This document shows positions 24,194-31,000 of a DNA stretch of 32,141 bases, piece by piece; position 1 is the stretch's first letter, and every line of letters starts with the position of its first letter. Origin of the DNA: Candidatus Nomurabacteria bacterium (GTDB lineage Bacteria > Patescibacteriota > Minisyncoccia > Phycocordibacterales > PALSA-1337). The stretch is from assembly GCA_943349555.1 (NCBI GenBank), contig CALQZK010000002.1, forward strand, positions 1-32,141, given 5' to 3'. The notes under the pieces are model-generated. The model was not told where the DNA came from. It worked only from the letters and a program-made list of their open reading frames with translations, and made no database searches. A program made the position numbers and the translations under genes.

Positions 24194-27094
24194 ATGCAAC
24201 CCCCTCAAACCAACACCTTCCAAAACCTCTACAAAACCCTCAATAAAGCCCAGAAACAGGCTGTAGACGCTATAGACGGCCCTGTAATGGTCATTGCAGG
24301 CCCTGGAACTGGCAAAACTCATATATTGAGTCTTCGTATTGCAAATATCCTCAAACAGACCGATACGCCGGCAAATGGCATTCTAGCTATTACTTACACT
24401 GAAGCCGGAGTGAAAGCCATCCGAGCCAAGCTGAAGACAATAATAGGCGACAGAGCGCATGATGTGCGAATCCATACTTTCCACGGTTTCGCTTCTTCCG
24501 TCATGGCAGAATATCCGGATCATTTCCTGCATGTCAGCGATATGAAGCAGATGACAGATGTAGAGCAGGAGTCACTTATAAGAAAAATAGTTTCAAATAC
24601 TAAATTTTCCGATTTGCGTCCAGCAGGCAAGCCTGATGCCTATGTTTCTGGAATTATACGAAGCATAGATGATGCGAAGAGGGAGGCACTGACTCCAGAA
24701 ATGGTCAGGCAATATGCAAAAGATGAAATAGAGAGAATAAAAAATGATGAGGAATCTATTTCCACCAGAGGAGCGACGAAAGGGCAGTTGAAAGCGGATG
24801 CCAGAGAGGCGATAGAGAAGTGTGAGAGAACAATTTTATTTGCGGATATTTATGATGAATATGAAAAAGAAAAAAGAGAAGATAAGAAAATAGATTTTAA
24901 TGATTTGATAATAGAGCTGTTGCTGGCATTGCGCCATGATGAATTGCTTCTACGTTTACTCCAAGAAAGATATTTGTACATCCATGTTGATGAACACCAG
25001 GATACGAATGATGCGCAGAACTTTATTATCAGCATGATAGCGGAATTTTTCGATACCCCCAACATCTTTATTGTTGGTGATGAAAAGCAGGCTATATATA
25101 GATTCCAAGGTGCTTCTGTTGAAAATTTCCTTCTTCTCCAGAAGCGCTGGCCGGCTATGAATGTTATTTCTCTGGATACTAACTACCGATCACATCAAAG
25201 CATCCTTGATGCCAGTTTCGGAATGATTGAGAAGAATTATATTGATGATGAAAATAAAGATCTGAGAATTCGTTTGAAATCAGGAAATGATGACGAGGCT
25301 AGACCTCTCGAGATAGTTACAGGTGAGAATATATCTGCTATCGAGCTCTATTTAGTAAAAGTGCTTAAGAAACTTGATCAGAAAGATACTGCAGCCATAA
25401 TAGTCAGGAGAAACCGCGACCTCGACCGAGTTATTCGCCTTATGGAACTTCACAATATCCCAGTTTCATCCGAGAGAAGCGTAGACATCTTCAGCCATCC
25501 TGCTGGCAGGCTTTTCTTTAACCTTATAGAATATCTTTCTGACTCTTCTAAGCTAGATGCTTTGGCAAAAACAATTATTGCAGGAATGTGGAATCTTAAA
25601 TTTGAAGAATCGACGGCTTTAGTCAGAGATCTGCAAAGTGGAAATATTAAAGAATTAGAAAATAAAATATCTGGACTTGCCTCTATCAAAAAAATGCTTC
25701 TCTCTGACAGTTCTGTAGGCTTTCTGATCCACTCCGCCGAAGAGTCTGGCTTCACATCTCTCATTGCAAAAGATCCTTCGTATGTCCATGTCTGGAGAGG
25801 TATTATATCTCTAGCAGAATCTCTGACAAGAGAATCCAAGATTATTGATCCTATGGAATTAATGTCCGGTATGCTTGAATACAGGGCCTCTGCAGAATCC
25901 AGACCAGTAAAAATATCCGTAGGTGCCCCAGATTTTCCCATCCAAGCCATGACAGCCCATGGAAGCAAAGGATTGGAATTTGACTATGTTTTTATACCTT
26001 ATGCCACAGAAGAAGCCTGGGTAGGAAGAGCGAGAGGAGCCTCATTTATATTACCAAAAAAACAGACTGTAAATAGCGATATCCGCGATGTTCGCAGATT
26101 GTTTTATGTTGCCCTTACCCGTGCCCGAAAGCATGCAACTGTGCTGACTGCTACAGAAGAATCGGATGGAAAAATAATAACCCCGATCAGATTTTTGGAT
26201 GAACTTGATCCTGAACACATATCTCACGTCACATTGCCAAGAGCTGGAGCAGAGGAGGTTTATGCAAATAAAAATTCAATAAAAAAATCAGGCTCGCAAT
26301 TAGCAGAAATTGCGAAGGACGTCCTAATGAAAAAAGGCCTATCAGTTACAGCTTTAAACCACTTTTTGGAATGTCCTAATAAATTTATATATCAGAGCAT
26401 ATTGAAGATGCCTCAAGCACCATCTGCTTCAGCAGAAAAGGGGACCGCTATGCACTCTGCTTTGTCGGCAATTTGGAAATCAGAATCACGGGGTGTTAGG
26501 GAAATTGAAACAATTCTCACAGAAAAAATCAAAGAATATTTTGATGAATCATTTCTGCCAGTACTAGAAAAGGAATCAGCCAGAAAAGAATTGGTGGAAA
26601 ATATCCCAGTGGTGGCAAAAGCTTTAGAAGCTCATTTTTTAATTCCTAAAAATTCTGCAATTTTCACAGAATCCTGGGTTGAAGCGCCATTCTCGAACAT
26701 TAATCTCCACGGAAAGCTCGATGCAATAATCGATAATGGAAATGAGGTATACATATATGATTATAAGACCAAGCAGGCGATGTCTGTGAATGCGATAAAA
26801 GGCGAGACAAAGACTGATGTGGATGGGAATTTCTTCAGGCAGTTGGTTTTTTATAAAATCCTAGCTAGTGGAGATTCCCGATGGAGGAATAGGAAAATTA
26901 CTCCTGCTCTAGTCTTCGTTTCTCCTGACGAAAAAGGGAGATGTCCCACAGTTACACTCCCGATTGAAACCACCGATATGGAAAAAGTCAGGACTGAAAT
27001 TCAATCTTTACTAGACAGCGTATTTAGTGGAAAGATTCTTGAGGCAAAATGCAATGACGATAAATGCGAGTGGTGTGGGTTAAGAGATATATAA
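24194..27094 (+). CDS. UvrD/PcrA-type SF1 helicase fused to a C-terminal PD-(D/E)XK (Cas4/AddB-like, 4-Cys) nuclease
   Basis: Helicase motifs: LNKAQKQAV, AGPGTGKTH (Walker A), VDEHQDT (II), VGDEKQAIYRFQGA (III), TAHGSKGLEFD (V), LFYVALTRARK (VI). Nuclease motifs: LECPNKF (Cys1), IYDYKT (D..K), RQLVFY (QxxxY), KCNDDKCEWCG (Cys2-4). Confidence 0.85.
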   Translation: MQPPQTNTFQNLYKTLNKAQKQAVDAIDGPVMVIAGPGTGKTHILSLRIANILKQTDTPANGILAITYTEAGVKAIRAKLKTIIGDRAHDVRIHTFHGFASSVMAEYPDHFLHVSDMKQMTDVEQESLIRKIVSNTKFSDLRPAGKPDAYVSGIIRSIDDAKREALTPEMVRQYAKDEIERIKNDEESISTRGATKGQLKADAREAIEKCERTILFADIYDEYEKEKREDKKIDFNDLIIELLLALRHDELLLRLLQERYLYIHVDEHQDTNDAQNFIISMIAEFFDTPNIFIVGDEKQAIYRFQGASVENFLLLQKRWPAMNVISLDTNYRSHQSILDASFGMIEKNYIDDENKDLRIRLKSGNDDEARPLEIVTGENISAIELYLVKVLKKLDQKDTAAIIVRRNRDLDRVIRLMELHNIPVSSERSVDIFSHPAGRLFFNLIEYLSDSSKLDALAKTIIAGMWNLKFEESTALVRDLQSGNIKELENKISGLASIKKMLLSDSSVGFLIHSAEESGFTSLIAKDPSYVHVWRGIISLAESLTRESKIIDPMELMSGMLEYRASAESRPVKISVGAPDFPIQAMTAHGSKGLEFDYVFIPYATEEAWVGRARGASFILPKKQTVNSDIRDVRRLFYVALTRARKHATVLTATEESDGKIITPIRFLDELDPEHISHVTLPRAGAEEVYANKNSIKKSGSQLAEIAKDVLMKKGLSVTALNHFLECPNKFIYQSILKMPQAPSASAEKGTAMHSALSAIWKSESRGVREIETILTEKIKEYFDESFLPVLEKESARKELVENIPVVAKALEAHFLIPKNSAIFTESWVEAPFSNINLHGKLDAIIDNGNEVYIYDYKTKQAMSVNAIKGETKTDVDGNFFRQLVFYKILASGDSRWRNRKITPALVFVSPDEKGRCPTVTLPIETTDMEKVRTEIQSLLDSVFSGKILEAKCNDDKCEWCGLRDI

Positions 27095-27171
27095 AAGAAA
27101 AGAACGCCGTACCCGAGGGTCGTGCGCTCCTAGCAACTTTTGGTTAAAGGTGTTACTGACCTCTTTTGTTG

Positions 27172-27498
27172 TTAGCAGTCTCCAAGACAGATGACCCATC
27201 TTCCATCCTTAAGATCAAGGGTGGCGTATCCAGATCCATCGATCCGGACAACATCCCGATTGTTCGTCATGTTCTTTTTGACGATGCATTGGCGAAGAAG
27301 TTTGAGAGGGTTGCTGGGATCCTGATAGATCCCAAACATCACACACTCATACTCATCCGGCAATGGTTCATGAAGGGCATTGATTGCCTTGGCTATGACT
27401 TGCTCCGAGAACGCCTGGAGTTTCATAATTGATACTCCGAAGGATTTAGCTTGTAAACGGTTTTTCGCCGCCAGCTCCGACATTTCAGTTGCATTCAT
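27172..27498 (-). CDS. Hypothetical protein (108 aa), orphan
   Basis: ATG start with a near-consensus promoter upstream. It has more purine-rich first codon positions than the codon-register antisense + ORF (27166-27432). No family recognised. The strand choice is not certain. Confidence 0.4.
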   Translation of the reverse strand: MNATEMSELAAKNRLQAKSFGVSIMKLQAFSEQVIAKAINALHEPLPDEYECVMFGIYQDPSNPLKLLRQCIVKKNMTNNRDVVRIDGSGYATLDLKDGRWVICLGDC

Positions 27499-27543
27499 AA
27501 TTGCTCGCTATTCAGTTTTTGGTTGGTGAACTAAGACTATATA

Positions 27544-27572
27544 AGCATAGCATATTAAGCCATACTTGTCAA
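27544..27572 (-). promoter_or_regulatory. Sigma70-type promoter TTGACA-17-TATGCT for the 108-aa orphan ORF
   Basis: The minus strand reads TTGACA (27572-27567), a 17-nt spacer, then TATGCT (27549-27544). This implies a leader of about 40 nt to ATG 27498. Confidence 0.5.
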
Positions 27573-27578
27573 TACCAC

Positions 27579-28322
27579 CTATTTACCCTCCGCCAGCAAC
27601 GCATCAATACTCTGCTTTATTGATTCATAAGGCTGTGCGCCTTCTATTGGAATCTGCTTTCCTGCGGGAGTAATGAGAATGCTGGAAGGTGTTCCTTGGA
27701 TACCAATGTTGAGGCCATCAAGATATGAAGCCTCGACTTTATCTTTATATCTTCCACTGTCCAAACAAATTTTAAATTCAGCCACATCAAGACCAGCAAA
27801 TTCGGCAATCTTCGGAAGCTCTTTCTGATCTAGACCATCTGGACTGGTGGAAGTGACTGAGGGTGTTATTTCGTAAAGACGATTAGTATAAACCCAAAAT
27901 TTATCATTACCACCGAGAGCAGCTGCGCATTCCATAGCCTGCGATTCTCGTCCGGCATTTGGGTGAAGGATGCCGCCATCAGGGCGAGTGCCAGGCTTGT
28001 CGATAGGGAAGCTTCGATAGATCCAGGCAACATCTCCAGACTTACCATATTCGTTCATGATCTTCCTCATTGTATTATGGAAGACTTTGCAGAAAGGACA
28101 TGCGGGATCTGAATATTCAACTATTTTTATCTTTGCATCTGGATTTCCTAGGATATGATCTGCAGAACTAACGGGTTTCAATTGCATTTGCTGTGAGCCG
28201 ATAGCGGCTGCTTGGTTAGCAGAAGGCGAAGGCTTCATTGTATATATGACCGAACCGGCGATTATAGCGCCGGCGATAATAATAGCTGTGGGTATATTTA
28301 AAACTTTTGATTGATTTTCCAT
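27579..28322 (-). CDS. DsbA-family thiol:disulfide oxidoreductase, membrane-anchored
   Basis: N-terminal TM helix (IPTAIIIAGAIIAGSVIY), a thioredoxin-fold active site DPACPFCKVFH, and GTPSSIL near the C-terminus (cis-Pro loop region). Confidence 0.85.
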   Translation of the reverse strand: MENQSKVLNIPTAIIIAGAIIAGSVIYTMKPSPSANQAAAIGSQQMQLKPVSSADHILGNPDAKIKIVEYSDPACPFCKVFHNTMRKIMNEYGKSGDVAWIYRSFPIDKPGTRPDGGILHPNAGRESQAMECAAALGGNDKFWVYTNRLYEITPSVTSTSPDGLDQKELPKIAEFAGLDVAEFKICLDSGRYKDKVEASYLDGLNIGIQGTPSSILITPAGKQIPIEGAQPYESIKQSIDALLAEGK

Positions 28323-28328
28323 ATGGCT

Positions 28329-28337
28329 ATTATATCA
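28329..28337 (-). promoter_or_regulatory. Extended -10 TGATATAAT 6 nt before the dsbA-like ATG (leaderless-type)
   Basis: The minus strand reads TGATATAAT-AGCCAT-ATG(28322). The TGA is also the stop codon of the upstream exonuclease gene. Confidence 0.55.
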
Positions 28338-28919
28338 GAAAGGTAGAGTAAATGTCATTGTATGCTCTGGCTTAATTTCCCATTGAGATGTATTTATCTT
28401 TATATCATGCACAGCGCCACCAGCTCCCAAATCTTTATATTTAAATCCTCCATTCGCCAAGGCAAAATCATAAATCTCTTTTGTAATTTTAACATCCTCA
28501 ATACAGTACTTTATGAGCTTATCAATCTCTCCTTTATTCCACCAGTCCACCGCATCAGATCCTCCTCCAATTTTCTTTTTTCCCAATGTTGCTTCTGCTA
28601 CAGTATCCAACTTAAGCCTGCGTCCGATGACATTCCGAGCTTCTCTCATAAGATCAATGCTGCGGATTTTGGAAAGATCGCCGGAATAGTATTTGTTCAA
28701 AAGTGGAATGTCAAAGTGGTCTCCATTCCAAGTAATGAGGGCATCAGCTTTTTCCATGATTGGCCACAGACTAGGGAAATCTTTTTCCAAAAAACTTTTG
28801 TATTGATTGTCTAATGAGTCATGGATACAAACAACAGATATATCCAGAGCTGTCGGATCGTTTGACCCAACTTCATGAAAGAAATTCTTTGTCTCGATGT
28901 CAAAGGTGATCTTTCTCAT
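28335..28919 (-). CDS. RNase H-fold 3'-5' exonuclease (PolB-exonuclease-like / YprB-like)
   Basis: DEDD-type acidic motifs: ITFDIET, WNGDHFDIPLL, KYCIEDVKIT. Also KLDTVAEATLGKKK. Its start lies 1 nt after the hisS stop. Confidence 0.7.
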   Translation of the reverse strand: MRKITFDIETKNFFHEVGSNDPTALDISVVCIHDSLDNQYKSFLEKDFPSLWPIMEKADALITWNGDHFDIPLLNKYYSGDLSKIRSIDLMREARNVIGRRLKLDTVAEATLGKKKIGGGSDAVDWWNKGEIDKLIKYCIEDVKITKEIYDFALANGGFKYKDLGAGGAVHDIKINTSQWEIKPEHTMTFTLPF

Positions 28920-28920
28920 T

Positions 28921-30180
28921 TCACATGTCGCTTTCTTCCCCAGTAGCCAAATCTTTTATCTTATATTTCCCCGTCTTTACTTCATCATCTCCTATGCAAA
29001 TGACTTTAGGTATTTTTCTTTTATCAGCAGACTTTATCTGATCGCCTACTTTTCTACCGGAGAAGTCAACTGCGACTTTCTGACCTTTATCACGGAGGCT
29101 TTGAGCTACTTCTAGAGCGAAGGGGGTGTTTTCATTTCCTAGAATACAGATACAAAAATCGGCAGTTGCAGCTTCGACCAAAACCTTGTCGTAAGTCTCT
29201 ATTAAATCCCTTGCTATTACATCACCAGCGCCGAAACCAACAGCAGGCACTTTCTCTCCGCCAAATAGAGATAACAAATCATCATATCGCCCCCCACCGA
29301 ACACTGACCTCCTATTATTCGGATTCTTATCAAACACTTCAAAAACAATCCCTGTATAGTAGTCGAAACCTCGCATGAGAGTCTGATCAAAGCGAGTATT
29401 TGTAATACCTAATTTTTCCAGAGCAGATATTACTTCTTTTATTTCTTTTAATCCTTCATGCTCCTCTTTAGTCTGCGGCAATTGCTTTGCAAATTCTTCG
29501 AAGTTCTTTGAATTAAGGAGAGTTAAAAACTTCGGAGCATTATCACCTAAGATTTCCTTTATTCCATCAGCGAAAATGTCAGCGGGAATTTTATCTTTCT
29601 TATCAATCAATTTAGAAACTTTTTGTGCTTGCTCTTCGGTAAGGCTGAAAACTTCTTTGGCCACATAATTCATAACCTTGCGATTATTGAGGCGCACTTC
29701 AAAGTCAGAATCCTTCAATCCATAGGCTCTGGTAATATCACAGGCGATTTGAATAATTTCTACTTCAGCCTGGATACTTTCAATTCCAAAAATATCAACA
29801 TTCAATTGCCAATGCTCGCGCAAGCGCCCCCTCTGCGGCTGCTCATAGCGGAAAAGATTGGGAATAGAATACCAACGAACAGGGAAGATGAGTTCCTTTT
29901 TCTTACTTGCCACCATGCGGGCCACAGTAGGAGTCATCTCCGGACGAAGAGTGACTTCGCGATCACCGCGATCGATAAAAGTATATGTCTGCTTATTAAC
30001 AATTTCCTCTCCAGATTTCGCCCTATACAATTCTGCAGGCTCCAATACAGACGCACCGTACTCTTCATAGCCATATTTCTCTACAGCATTACGCCAGATA
30101 TTAAAAATCTTTTTCTGCATGGCCATGTCCGCAGGATAGAAGTCACGCACACCCTTGTATGGATCAGTTGGAAGTTTCAT
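28921..30180 (-). CDS. hisS: Histidine--tRNA ligase
   Basis: GVRDFYP, LRPEMTPTVAR, RYEQPQRGRLREHWQLNVDIFG (motif 2), RGFDYYTGIVFE, GGGRYDDL (motif 3 region), and a C-terminal anticodon-binding domain. Confidence 0.95.
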   Translation of the reverse strand: MKLPTDPYKGVRDFYPADMAMQKKIFNIWRNAVEKYGYEEYGASVLEPAELYRAKSGEEIVNKQTYTFIDRGDREVTLRPEMTPTVARMVASKKKELIFPVRWYSIPNLFRYEQPQRGRLREHWQLNVDIFGIESIQAEVEIIQIACDITRAYGLKDSDFEVRLNNRKVMNYVAKEVFSLTEEQAQKVSKLIDKKDKIPADIFADGIKEILGDNAPKFLTLLNSKNFEEFAKQLPQTKEEHEGLKEIKEVISALEKLGITNTRFDQTLMRGFDYYTGIVFEVFDKNPNNRRSVFGGGRYDDLLSLFGGEKVPAVGFGAGDVIARDLIETYDKVLVEAATADFCICILGNENTPFALEVAQSLRDKGQKVAVDFSGRKVGDQIKSADKRKIPKVICIGDDEVKTGKYKIKDLATGEESDM

Positions 30181-30186
30181 GGCATT

Positions 30187-30195
30187 ATTGTATCA
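30187..30195 (-). promoter_or_regulatory. Extended -10 TGATACAAT 6 nt before the hisS ATG (leaderless-type)
   Basis: The minus strand reads TGATACAAT-AATGCC-ATG(30180). Confidence 0.5.
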
Positions 30196-30200
30196 AAGAT

Positions 30201-30893
30201 ATGAAAAAAGTCATTATTTCAATTAAGAATATAGGCGAAACTCCGCTTGAGTGCTTGGAGAGAGTGCGTTTGGAGGAGAAAATTGGAGCAAAAGTTCCCA
30301 TGACTTATGCCGGGCGGTTAGATCCTATGTCTGAGGGAGTCCTTATTATTCTTGTCGGGGATGAGTGTAAAAATAAAGAGAAGTATCTTGGAATGAATAA
30401 AGAATATGAAATCGAAGTACTCTTTGGAGTAAAAACTGATACGCAAGATGTGTTGGGAATAATTAATGGCTTGAATATGGAAAAAGCTGGAGAAATTGAC
30501 TTGCAGAAATATGTGGGAAAGTTTGAGCAGACTTATCCACGATACTCTTCGAAAATAATTGCAATGAAAGAAGTACCGAAAGAAATGCCGACAAAAGCAG
30601 TGGAAATTTATTCTATAGAGAAATTGGAGGAGAGGGAGTTGTCTGGTATTGGAATTGCCGAGATTGCTATTGGAAAAATCGCCTTAGTCACAGGCGACTT
30701 TCGACAGAAGGAAATAATAGAGGAATGGAAAGCTTTTGCAGAAGAATTTGGAAAATTGGACTTTAAAATCTGGCGATTAAAGGTGAAATGTTCGAGTGGG
30801 ACATATATGAGAACGCTGGCTGAGAGAATGGGAAAGGATGCAGGGGTTGGGGCGATTGCGTATTCGATTAAGAGAGTGAGGGTTGGGGAATGA
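30201..30893 (+). CDS. truB: tRNA pseudouridine(55) synthase TruB-like, catalytic domain only
   Basis: YAGRLDPMSEGVLIILVGDECKNKEKYL (catalytic Asp motif), EVLFGVKTDTQDVLG, YPRYSSK, CSSGTYMRTLAERMG. ATG 30201 is preferred over ATG 30159, which would overlap hisS. Confidence 0.8.
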   Translation: MKKVIISIKNIGETPLECLERVRLEEKIGAKVPMTYAGRLDPMSEGVLIILVGDECKNKEKYLGMNKEYEIEVLFGVKTDTQDVLGIINGLNMEKAGEIDLQKYVGKFEQTYPRYSSKIIAMKEVPKEMPTKAVEIYSIEKLEERELSGIGIAEIAIGKIALVTGDFRQKEIIEEWKAFAEEFGKLDFKIWRLKVKCSSGTYMRTLAERMGKDAGVGAIAYSIKRVRVGE

Positions 30894-30895
30894 TC

Positions 30896-30923
30896 TTGCT
30901 TTTCGTAAATATTATGGTATATT
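30896..30923 (+). promoter_or_regulatory. Sigma70-type promoter TTGCTT-16-TGgTATATT upstream of the adenylate-kinase-like gene
   Basis: TTGCTT at 30896-30901, a 16-nt spacer, and TATATT at 30918-30923 preceded by TGg. The leader of about 70 nt contains the hairpin CTCAAAC-GTGT-GTTTGAG (30942-30959) and a purine-rich SD-like AGAGGAAAGGAAAA before ATG 31001. Confidence 0.45.
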
Positions 30924-31000
30924 CTCCGAAGCTATGTTCTTCTCAAACGTGTGTTTGAGCTCTTGATTGTGGCGAATGAAATCCCAAGAGGAAAGGAAAA

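Noticed and set aside
27166-27432. 88-aa plus-strand ORF (TTG start) downstream of the helicase-nuclease.
   Set aside because: It is in exact codon register with the minus-strand 108-aa ORF, the phase in which shadow ORFs most often stay open. It has a TTG start and no promoter or SD. I kept the minus-strand ORF, with low confidence.
29623-30204. 193-aa plus-strand ORF.
   Set aside because: It is antisense to hisS, whose identity is unambiguous, so this is a shadow ORF.
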